Below are positions 14,312 to 26,200 of a DNA stretch of 64,000 nt, in pieces. Position 1 is the first letter of the stretch. Each line of letters begins with the position of its first letter. Source of the stretch: Macrostomum hystrix (taxonomy: Eukaryota > Animalia > Platyhelminthes); contig CATNEN010000001.1 of the NCBI GenBank assembly GCA_950097015.1, positions 11,160,001 to 11,224,000 of the forward strand, read 5' to 3'. The translations under genes were made by a program, and so were the position numbers. Below the pieces are notes generated by a model. The model ran no database searches. It worked only from the letters and a program-made list of their open reading frames with translations, and had not been told where the DNA came from.

Positions 14312-17300
14312 TCAGAGCACTGAGCAGCAACAGCGGCAGTAGCGGCGCCGCCTCGGTTCCGGCTGACCGGGTGGCGTCACCGGAGCAAAATAGGCGTGCA
14401 CTTTTAAATTGGGCAAATGACTAACCAGGCGGCGAATGCCCGACCGAGTGATCTGCTGACAGTCGTACAGATCGATTTGCTGCAGAGCATGGCATGCGAC
14501 TAAATGTTCCAGGGCTGTGTCCGAGATATGCGGACAATTGTCCAACTCCAACACCTGGCATGGCATGGGGGCGATCTGCTTTAGCGATCCTCAGTTCTCC
14601 CCTCACTGTATCCCCAGTTCTCCCCTCACTGTATCCTCAGTTCTCCTCTCACTGCATCCTCAGTTATCCTCTCACTGCATCCTCAGTTCTCCCCTCACTG
14701 CATCCTCAGTTCTCCCCTCACTGCATCCTCAGTTCTCCCCTCACTGCATCCTCAGTTCTCCCCTCACTGCATCCTCAGTTCTCCTCTCACTGCATCCTCA
14801 GTTCTCCCCTCACTGCATCCCCAGTTCTCCCCTCACTGCATCCTCAGTTCTCCTCTCACTGCATCCTCAGTTCTCCCCTCACTGCATCCTCAGTTCTCCC
14901 CTCACTGCATCATCAGTTCTCCCCTCACTGATTCCCCAGTTCTCCCCTCACTGCATCCTCAGTTCTCCTCTCACTGCATCCTCAGTTCTCCCCTCACTGC
15001 ATCCTCAGTTCTCCCCTCACTGAATCCTCAGTTCTCCCCTCACTGCATCCTCAGTTCTCCCCTCACTGCATCCTCAGTTCTCCCCTCACTGCATCCTCAG
15101 TTCTCCTCTCACTGCATCCTCAGTTCTCCCCTCACTGCATCCTCAGTTCTCCCCTCACTGCATCCTCAGTTCTTCCCTCACTGCATCCTCAGTTCTCCCC
15201 TCACTGCATCCTCAGTTCTCCCCTCACTGCATCCTCAGTTCTCCCCTCACTGCATCCTCAGTTCTCCCCTCACTGCATCCTCAGTTCTCCCCTCACTGCA
15301 TCATCAGTTCTCCCCTCACTGATTCCCCAGTTCTCCCCTCACTGCATCCTCAGTTCTCCCTTCACTGCATCCTCAGTTCTCCCCTCACTGCATCCCCAGT
15401 TCTCCCCTCACTGCATCCTCAGTTCTCCCCTCACTGCATCCTCAGTTCTCCCCTCACTGCATCCCCAGTTCTCCCCTCACTGCATCCTCAGTTCTCCCCT
15501 CACTGCATCCTCAGTTCTCCCCTCACTGCATCCTCAGTTCTCCCCTCACTGCATCCCCAGTTCTCCCCTCACTGCATCCTCAGTTCTCCCCTCACTGCAT
15601 CCTCAGTTCTCCCCTCACTGCATCCTCAGTTCTCCCCTCACTGCATCCCCAGTTCTCCCCTCACTGCATCCTCAGTTCTCCCCTCACTGCATCCTCAGTT
15701 CTCCTCTCACTGCATCCTCAGTTCTCCCCTAACTGCATTATCAGTTCTCCCCTCAGTGAATCCCCAGTTCTCCACTCACTGAATCCCCAGTTCTCCCCTC
15801 ACTGCATCATCAGTTCTCCCGTCACTGCATCATCAGTTCTCCCCTCACTGCATCCCCAGTTCTCCCCTCACTGCATCATCAGTTCTCCCCTCACTGAATC
15901 CCCAGTTCTCCACTCACTGAATCCCCAGTTCTCCCCTCATAGCATCCTCAGTTCTCCCCTCACTGCACCATCAGTTCTCCCCTCACTGCATCCTCAGTTC
16001 TCCCCTCACTGTATCCCCAGTTCTCCCCTCACTGCATCCTCAGTTCTCCCCTCACTGCATCCCCAGTTCTCCCCTCACTGCATCCCCAGTTCTCCCCTCA
16101 CTGCATCCCTAGTTCTCGCCTTATTCTACCCCTCATTTCTCCTCTCATTCTACCCCTCAGTCTCCCCTAATTCTACCCCTCAGCCTCCCCTCTGCATTCC
16201 ATTATTCCACCCAGTAGGCTAACCTGAAGACTCTCAGGCGCGCAGAGGCCGCTAGCAAGCTGTCTGATACCATCGTCTGTGAGCAATTCGCAATAAGACA
16301 GTGTCAGAATGCGCAGATGAGAACAGTGAGCCGCTAGGGCGGCCAGGGTGATGTCCGTCACCTGGACGCAGTCTTCCAGGTCCAGGCGCTCTAGCTGGGG
16401 ACAGCCGCGGGCCAGGGCCTGCAGTTGATTGGCTTTGTCGATTGATTTTGACTGCACAGCATTATCGAGTTTATTAGTTGTTATTTTACTGCTTTTAATT
16501 AACATCAGAGTAATGGACATTTTTGCAATTTAATTATTCATCGATTTATCAAAAGTATTATCTACTTAAATATACCTAACGGATTATCGATTGATTTATA
16601 CCTAACGGATTATCGATTGACATATACCTAATGAATTAGCGATTGATTTATACCAAATGGACTATCGATTGACATATACCTAATGGATTATCGATTGATT
16701 TATACCTAATGGATTATCGATTGACATATACCAAATGGATTATCGATTGACATATACCAAACGGATTATCGATTGATTTATACCTAATGGATTATCGATT
16801 GACATATACCAAATGGATTATCGATTGATTTATACCTAACGGATTATCGATTGATTTATACCTAATGGATTATCGATTGATTTATACCTAACGGATTATC
16901 GATTGATTTATACCTAATGGATTATCGATTGATTTATACCTAATGGATTATCGATTGATTTATACCAAACGGATTATCGATTGACATATACCTAATGAAT
17001 TAGCGATTGATTTATACCAAATGGACTATCGATTGACATATACCAAATGGATTATCGATTGACATATACCAAATGGAATATCGATTGACATATACCTAAT
17101 GAATTAGCGATTGATTTATACCAAATGGATTATCGATTGACATATACCAAATGGATTATCGATTGACATATACCAAATGGATTATCGATTGACATATACC
17201 TAATGAATTAGCGATTGATTTATACCAAATGGATTATCGATTGACATATACCAAATGGATTATCGATTGACATATACCAAATGGATTATCGATTGATATA

Positions 17301-20300
17301 TACCAAATGGATTATCGATTGACATATACCAAATGGATTATCGATTGATTTATACCTAACGGATTATCGATTGACATATACCAAATGGATTATCGATTGA
17401 CATATACCTAACGGATTATCGATTGATTTATACCTAACGGATTATCGATTGACATATACCAAATGGATTATCGATTGACATATACCAAATGGATTATCGA
17501 TTGACATATACCAAATGGATTATCGATTGACATATACCAAATGGATTATCGATTGATATATACCAAATGGATTATCGATTGACATATACCAAATGGATTA
17601 TCGATTGACATATACCAAATGGATTATCGATTGACATATACCAAATGGATTATCGATTGACATATACCTAATGGATTATCGATTGATTTATACCTAATGG
17701 ATTATCGATTGATTTATACCTAATGGATTATCGATTGAAATATACCAAATGGATTATCGATTGACATATACCAAATGGATTATCGATTGACATATACCAA
17801 ATGGATTATCGATTGACATATACCAAATGGATTATCGATTGACATATACCAAATGGATTATCGATTGACATATACCAAATGGATTATCGATTGACATATA
17901 CGTAATGGATTATCGATTGATATATACCAAATGGATTATCGATTGACATATACCAAATGGATTATCGATTGACATATACCAAATGGATTATCGATTGACA
18001 TATACCAAATGGATTATCGATTGACATATACCTAATGGATTATCGATTGACATATACCTAATGGAATATCGATTGACATATACCAAATGGATTATCGATT
18101 GACATATACCAAATGGATTATCGATTGACATATACCAAATGGATTATCGATTGACATATACCAAATGGATTATCGATTGACATATACCAAATGGATTATC
18201 GATTGACATATACGTAATGGATTATCGATTGATATATAACAAATGGATTATCGATTGACATATACCAAATGGATTATCGATTGACATATACCAAATGGAT
18301 TATCGATTGACATATACCAAATGGATTATCGATTGACATATACCAAATGGATTATCGATTGACATATACCAAATGGATTATCGATTGACATATACCTAAT
18401 GGATTATCGATTGATTTATACCTAATGGATTATCGATTGATTTATACCTAATGGATTATCGATTGACATATACCTAATGAATTATCGATTGACATATACC
18501 AAATGGATTATCGATTGACATATACCAAATGGATTATCGATTGACATATACCAAATGGATTATCGATTGACATATACCAAATGGATTATCGATTGACATA
18601 TACGTAATGGATTATCGATTGACATATACCTAATGGATTATCGATTGACATATACCAAACGGATTATCGATTCATATTCCAAACCTGGAATCCAGCGTCG
18701 CTTAGCAACCGACAGCCGGCCACTTCGAGGTTGCGCAGTTGGGCGCAGCCGACAGCCAAGCCGGCTAAGCCGGCATCCGTGATGTGGCCGCAATGGGATA
18801 GGCACAGGGTGCGCAGTTCCAGACAATTAGCCCCAAGAGCTTGCATGGCTTCGTCTCTGATATTGTGGCCGCATTCGTACAGCGAGAGAACTCGAAGGCC
18901 TCGGCAACGGCGGCTGAGTTCGGCGACGCCGTGGCTAGTTATCTCGCGACAGCCGCGGAGTAGCAGGGTTGCGAGGTGGGGACAGGACTGGGCTAGGCGG
19001 GTAAGGCCATCGTCAGTGATGTTGCACCAGGACATGTCCAACTCGACTAGGCGCTCGCACCTATGCGCAATTTGTTAGTAAATAAACACATTTAGTTTAG
19101 CACAGGTATCAAGACAGAGGTGGGATTATAATATCCTTCATAAAAGGGGATTAGAGCGTCGGACTCGCGACTTGAAGGTCAGTGGTTCGATTCCCGACTC
19201 CACTGGAAAAATGTGTGTCCTTTTATCAAGACACTTAACTATGCGCTGCTTGAGTTCACCCAGCTGTTATATGGATACCAGCATTAGCTGGGATAATTGA
19301 GGGTGGGTGTAGCGTCCCCCCAGTCCATGGACTGAACAGCCGTGCGCAGCCTTCACATGCGCAGCGCAATAGCTGCGGCTGTGCTGTCGGCTGCACATCT
19401 GACCCTATATTATCGGGTGACTAGTCGGGGTGACTGGTGGCAAAAACACCAATATAGGAATCACTTTTCTGCTTACAAAATGTCATCATGTAAGCATGTC
19501 GGCTATGATTGTTGACAATATTGTATTGATTATTGGTTTTTAAAAAACCAATATGGATTCACCGTAAATGCTTATAAAGATCAATGTCCTTGTCACCAGT
19601 ATCTTCGACAATAATCGCTGAATATCTCGACGATGCTGACATCGGACGGCTTTGAAAGTTCATCGTAAAGGGCAGAATCGTGAAGGATACTGGCATAGGG
19701 ATAACATTCCTCTCATTAACACTTCATACGATACCAGGGATAAAAACATGCGATAGAATCAGGAGCTCACTTAGCCAAAAATTTAACTCCCTCGTCTGAA
19801 ATGTTAGAAATGGAGTTCACTTTCAGGCTAATTAATTTCTGACAGCTGCGAATATGCTTGCAGGCCTCGTTAGTAAGCTTGCGACAGTCCGATAGATTCA
19901 ATCGTTCCAGGTTAACGCAGTGATAGCTGAATGCGCGCATTGCCGAGTCGTTCAGATTCTGGCAGCCGCGCAAATTAAGACTGCGCAAGAATCCGCCGCA
20001 TCTCTTGGCCAGGGTCTCCACCATGGCGCCAGTGATATCTTTGCCGTATTCGAATAGGCTAACATTCTGCCAGATACTCCCGTCGAATGCCAATTGGTGC
20101 CAGAATTTGCACACAAGAGAGCAGCGACAGAGTGTGACAATATCCAAATGGCTGAATATGCGAAGGATCATCTCTTTAGGTAGGCGGTCGTTGATATTTA
20201 ACGGTTCAGCAACTGGAAGAAGTGGCACAGAGCCAAGTTTGCTAGTACTGCCGCTGGCGCCGTTGCTACTGCCTGGGGCGCTTCCGCTACCATTGTTATT

Positions 20301-20336
20301 GCCGTTGGAGTAGGCAGATAGCTGATAGCCGTTCAT
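14312..20336 (-). CDS. FBXL20: F-box/LRR-repeat protein of the FBXL2/FBXL20 family, 4 exons, C-terminal CaaX
   Basis: Exons 20336-19771, 19060-18685, 16418-16224, 14554-14312 in frame. F-box LPKEMILRIFSHLDIVTLCRC; KRCGGFLRSLNLRGC; LRRs; VHAYFAPVTPP; ends RRYCRCCCSVL. FBXL2 and FBXL20 cannot be distinguished. Confidence 0.93.
14588..16185. repeat. 23-bp minisatellite (CCTCAGTTCTCCCCTCACTGCAT)n filling FBXL intron 3
   Basis: Direct periodicity. Confidence 0.96.
16570..18684. repeat. 26-bp minisatellite (GGATTATCGATTGACATATACCAAAT)n filling FBXL intron 2
   Basis: Direct periodicity, ~80 copies; abuts the 5' splice site. Confidence 0.96.
19148..19410 (+). mobile_element. tRNA-derived SINE, copy 1 (FBXL intron 1), with CORE-like domain
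   Basis: TTAGAGCGTCGGACT...GGTTCGATTCC (B box), then TGTGTCC..AAGACACTTAAC..GTTCACCCAGCTG; homologous to copy 2. Confidence 0.75.
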
Positions 20337-20367
20337 GACGAAATTATCACTGGAAAAGTCAATGGAA

Positions 20368-20622
20368 TGTAGCCTAGTGGTTAGAGCGTCAGACTAGCGA
20401 CTTGAAGGTCAGGGGTTCGATTCCAGACTGCATTAGAACAATGTGTCCAATGCAAGACACTTAACTATGCCATGCTTCAGTTCATCCAGCTGTTATATTA
20501 GGTACCAGCGTTAGCTGGGGCATTCTAGGGTGGGTGTGGCATCCCCCAGTCCATGGACTGAACAGCCTTCAGGTGTGCTGTGCCCTGTGGCCTGGTAGCT
20601 GTGGCTGCACATCTGACCCTGA
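20368..20622 (+). mobile_element. tRNA-derived SINE, copy 2
   Basis: A box TAGCCTAGTGG and B box GGTTCGATTCC; body colinear with copy 1 down to GCTGCACATCTGACCCT. Confidence 0.78.
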
Positions 20623-22719
20623 TGGGGCAAATAATTAAGTATTTTTCATACACATTGCCAGAAAGAGACATGTTTATTTTAAACTATGGCTTGGATTTAG
20701 ATCAAGCTTTTATTATTGTAAACATTTTTTTCTATTTCTTCATTAATATAAAGGGACAACATTTAAATAGACTGTATGGCCTATGATTTTAAGGCATTTC
20801 CCTAAATACAAACTTAAAGAGCTATAATTCACAGGACCATAAAAGGATCTGAAATGAAAGTTAGATAATGAAAGATTTTTGTATTATTGAAAGCTACTCA
20901 TCAAGGCATATTATGAATGCAAATATTTTAGGACATGAAAAATAAAATTTTTTTTAAACCATTTGTGTTTAAAATATAATGTGGGGGTGTAAGGTGTTAA
21001 CATATAGCACTTTCCAGTTAAATGCACCAATTCCCTAAAAAAAAGTTGTAGCCGCAGAGAAAAGTTTTCATTTAGGATATAACTATAAGTTCATGAATCA
21101 AAAAATTACATGGTCTCTACATACAATCTCAACATTTTTTCTTCAAGCTGAACAAATATCAAGGTGCAAATAATGGGCAATGTGCTAATAATATAAGAAA
21201 GCTAGCTTATACAACAATCTCTAAGCACAACATATTTTGTATTGCTGACATAATGGTAATCTAAAGAAAAACTAGGTAAGTTGCAAAATAGAATGCGCAA
21301 CACTTAGATTCAAGAAAAAGGTTCTAAAAAGATAGATAGCTACTAAAGAAGGAGTTTATCAATTATCTTTACCCAATTTTAACAAATATTGAAAACATGT
21401 CAACTCACACTTTTGAATTGAAAAGGATTGAGAAGGGTATGTTTTAGCCTAGTATTATCCAATTGTGTTAGACTATTTATGCTGAGTTGATATCACTACT
21501 GGCTGCACATGAGTGTTTTTTGAGCAGATTAAGGAAAATGATGCATGCTTTAGAAAAATCTTAACAATGCACCAGACACTGTGTGAAGATTTTCTAACTT
21601 TTCCTATACAAGTCTCTCTATTTAAGAATGGAGATAAGCATTGTTCTATATCAAAGAACAATACTAGCCAAATATTCGTGTGTGTGACACACTAGTACTA
21701 TACCAACCTAGCTATATTGTTAATTATTTTGATTAATATGCCTATAATATCAATATTGTATACTAACAAATAACAATCTAAACCATGTGATTATTAGATT
21801 ATACACTGTAAAGTAATGAGTTATAATTATAAATATAATAAATTATGATTAATACATAGTAATTATTTGCAATTTATTGTTTATTAATTACTTTGAATTA
21901 ACTTCTTAGTAAGATTGAACTTTGATGTCTACTGATTCTCTTATTATATATATGACTACAGTAAGCATCATATGGATTTAGCATGTATGTCAAAAAATGC
22001 AAAATATTAAGTTTACAAAAATGTAATACCAAAAATGCATCAAGGTAAAAAAGATTGACATGGTAGCACATTAATTAAAAAACCTTGAAGACCCAACTAT
22101 AAATAAGTTATGATATATTTCACTTTATTTATTTTTTAGCCTATCTTGTGACAAGATATAGGAGGATACAAAAGTTAAACAGTTAAGTTAGTTAATTAAG
22201 TATGTTAACACCCTTCTTAGTTAGGCCTCTATGCTGTTTGTGTAAATTGTTAGGTCATTGGGATACAAAAAACACAATTGAAGGCTAGTAGCCAATGGTT
22301 CACACATCACAACAATGAACAATGTGGTTTTGCAGATAATTGCAGCCTGTAGGCTTCCCATCCATCAGTTATAATAAAAGTGCCTTAAGTCAGATTCAAG
22401 AAGGGTGCTACTAAGTGCTCTGGGCCCTCCAGCCATGGCACAATTGACAAGTTAGCTGAAAAAAAGAATGAAAATAAATAATTTAATGCAGTAAACATTT
22501 ACAAGATTAATATTTACAAAAACCACACAATATGGACTATACTTAACAATTATTTTTTTTACTAATATTGTAAGCTGTATTTAAATATTGACATAATCAA
22601 AATATCATTTTAATTTTTATGACTGATGCTACAAATTGAGATATAAAATTGGTAAGACTGCCACTTTTTAGAAAAACCTCAAAATTTCTATTGCTTCTTT
22701 TACAAAAACAACAAATGTT

Positions 22720-23237
22720 TATAAGTACGGGATACCTTTGTTTTGATCATGATAAGGATAATGAATAAATGTATGATATTTGCGCTGCTATAAGTATATT
22801 ATTACTTTGTTGTAATTTGATATAATTATGTTTTTACACTTTTTGTTTAATAAATTAATTATCGTGGAGGAACGGGTAGTTCAAAAAACGCATTTATGGT
22901 ATTTTTCAATGAAAAGTTAATTTTATAACAAAGCCCACAAATAAATATGTGTTTCTTATTTTCTGATTAGCTAGATAAAACTGTAAAATATAATTTTTTT
23001 TAACTTTTAGGCATTAACAAAAGTGCGCAGTTACTATCGTTTTGTTCTCTGTAACGCTTTCTTTGAAACTGCTGGTTAAACGTCACTAAATATTCAGCTT
23101 TCACTAAATTGGCAAACCAATTTAAGAGTTTAAGAGTAAAGAGTCTACTTAAAGAGTTTTACTGCATACGTACGTAGCATCTTTTGTACAATACTGCTAG
23201 TTTAAAATTTGCTGGATTGTTAAGCGGCTAATATATT
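22720..23237. promoter_or_regulatory. Putative bidirectional promoter between the FBXL and SGT clusters
   Basis: Lies between divergent genes; local cluster of CpGs flanked on both sides by nearly CpG-free DNA. TSS not directly visible. Confidence 0.4.
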
Positions 23238-26200
23238 ATGAATTCAGACAAGAAAAAAACACTTGTTGCAAGCATTGTTGCTTTTCTTGAAAATGAGATA
23301 AAAGAGAATGCTGAAAAGCCAGATGCTGTTGATTTTGTTGAGGGCCTTGAAGGTATGTATTCTTTCTATGTTAATGGCATATGCAAGACATGACCCTGTA
23401 TAGGACCATAGGTTAGGTTATGCTAATATTTGGGGGAAAACTGAGTAAATTTGGCCTGGTATTTATATATTTCAGTAGACTCTGCTTAACTTTATATTAG
23501 CATACTTTTTATCATATATGATTTTTGATTACTTAAGTTATGGTGTGTCATGATGTCATGAAGTCATGATGTGTCATGTGTGTACTCAGGCATGCCTATT
23601 GAATCTTTTGTTATAGGCCTATAAAAATGAAAAAGTGGGCAATAGTTATTTAACATATTCTTTTGGTAAGCAACAATAAGGAAGTAAAATATTTTTGTAA
23701 GTTTTAAGTGTGGTGTATAGTCATGGCAGTAATGCATTTTTTTCTAAATATGCCCTTATGTTGCTAAGGAAGCAAAAGTTGGCTACACTGCAACTATTTC
23801 CCAAGCCTCTAATCTCTAATCTCTACCAGTTCTTTGCCAAATATAATCTGTGCCAAATTACATTACTGGCAATGTAATTTTCCAGTAACTCTGTTAATTC
23901 TTTATATTCTCAGATTGTCAAATAGCATTGTCTTATGCACTTTATAGTTCAATTTTTTTACTCTGTTGAAAATTTCAGCTATAAATTGTTATTTTAAATT
24001 TTTGCTGTTCTACCTGCATCTAAAAAGAAATAAGCCTAGCATAATAATTTTGTTGTTGGACCATCCTAAGTGGCAAAATTAGATATTCTCATTCCTGTGC
24101 AAGCCATTGCACCAAGCAGACTATGGTCTATATTGGGGACACAATGACTTTGTATAATATAGATTTGTTGTAGTTATTGCAACAATAATGAAATAGGTTT
24201 TTCTATGTATTTTTTAACTGATTATGTATTTTGTTGAAATAATACAATGATTGACCTTTTTCTTGAACAAATATTTTAGGCCTTGCATAGTGAAAGTAGA
24301 AATGGAAAAAATCCAACAAGCTTAGAAGGATTAAAAATGTGCTCTTAACCTTAAAGACATTTGATTGAGCAGCTAATTATATATATTAGATAGGATAGTA
24401 GATACCTTTTTTATTTCTTTTGTAGATATTTTGCTTACTAATGTTTTGCAATGAAGATTATTTACTTCACATTTAGGAAGTCTTACAAATAAAAAGACTT
24501 ATCACAAACTTCATGTATAAATCTCTAGTTTCCCAAACCAAAAATTCTTTGGCATTTATTATTTAAACAAGAAATTGTCCTAATACCATTTTTTCATTGA
24601 AATTAGATGCCAAATGAGAAGGTATTAAGTGCTATAGAACAACAACAACAACAACAAAGGACGACAACCCAAGGCCGAAGCCAGAGGGGCTGCCGTCAAA
24701 AGGCACGCGCAAGAGCAGAGTGGCGCAGAATTGTCAGTCCACGAGGGTCAGAGATCTCAGCGTCAGTCAATAGCAGTTCAGGATAGCGTAGCGCCCTCGC
24801 CTGACCACGCCGCCAGGGCCCCTGCAGGGAAAGCAGCAGCACGTCCTGCAGTGGCTCGGGGCAGCGCTGCTCCGCACGGATGACGTGGCCAGCCAGCTGC
24901 AGGCGCCTGATGCGCAGCAGCTGACTTGGCCGGCAGAGCTGGGCCCGGCGATAGAGCTCATCGTTGCTGGTGTTGGTGACGGCAGTCAGCGAATAGTGGA
25001 CGCCGAAGGCGGCTCGCAGGAGTCCGGCGTGGGCGGCATCGAGTTGCTTCTCCTGTGTGCCGTTCAGAGTCCACGTTTGAGCGTTGTAGAGAAAGACGGT
25101 CTCTATGACGGCTTGAAACAACCGCCCTCTCAGCCGATCCGGCAGCGTGGGGCACTGCAGGACAGTCCGCAGGGTGCGAAAGGCTGCCCAGGCAAGCGCC
25201 CTGCGTCGCGCCATGTCGTCCAGGATGTCGGGCACTTGACCGCCGAGATAGATGAAGGTCTCGCAGCGCGGCAGCAATGCCGCTTGCCCATTTACGCTGT
25301 GGCAGAGGATCTCGCCGTTGAGGTCATTTGGGACGGTCAGCACCATTGTTTTCTTGGTGTTCACGGACAGCCCGACCATTGCCGCCGCCGCAGTCAGCTT
25401 GTCCAGCAGATGCTGAGCACCTTCGATTGAGCTGGACAGCAGCGCCAGGTCGTCCGCGTACGCCAGGACAGAGAGTCGTCTTTCGGGGTGTCGGCTGCTT
25501 GTCCTGCGACAGAGCAGAAAGCCGTTGGCGTCGTCAGGGAGGCCAGTGCGCAGCACCCAGTCCAGGACCAGGACGAACAGAAAGGGGGCGAGTGTGTCGC
25601 CCTGCAGCACACCGGAGGTCGTGTCGAAGAAATCGGATAGGCCGTCCGGCGTCACAACTGCCGCCCTGGTCTCCTGGTACAGGGCCATCACAGCCGTTAC
25701 CAGCTGCTCAGGCACATGGTACGCGCGCAGGATCTTCGGGATGACCCGTCTCGACACCGAGTCGAAGGCCTTTAGAAAATCCACGAAGATGCAGATGACC
25801 GCCGACTGGTGGATACGGGTCTCTTCTAAAATGCGGCGCAAAGCGAGAATCTGATTCACCGTGCCCCTACCTGGCCGGAAGCCGTTTTGCTCTCGCCGGA
25901 GGAACGGGTCCAACACAGGTTGCAGCCGCGTCAGCAGCACCCTGTTGTACAGCTTCGCGGCGCAGGACATTAGGGATATTCCGCGATGCTCTTCGACCTT
26001 GACAGTTCCGGGCTTCTTCGGGATCCCGACGATGTGCGCCGTCCGCCATTCAGCGGGGGCGGGACCTCCCGCCAGCACGCAGTTCATCACTTGCGTGACT
26101 TCTTGCGCCACCAGCGGGAGGCGCAACACTTCGACAGGCACGTCATCGGGTCCGGTGGCTTTGCCGCCCGGTGTCTTCTTAGCGAGCAGAAGCACCTCGT

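Noticed and set aside
20368-20445. tRNA gene
   Set aside because: The tRNA-like head continues into a body shared with a second diverged copy, so it is a SINE rather than a tRNA gene.
21395-21695. Small plus-strand gene (MSTHTFELKRIEK.. with a gtatgt donor)
   Set aside because: The best splice gives a stop after four more codons; no recognisable motif.
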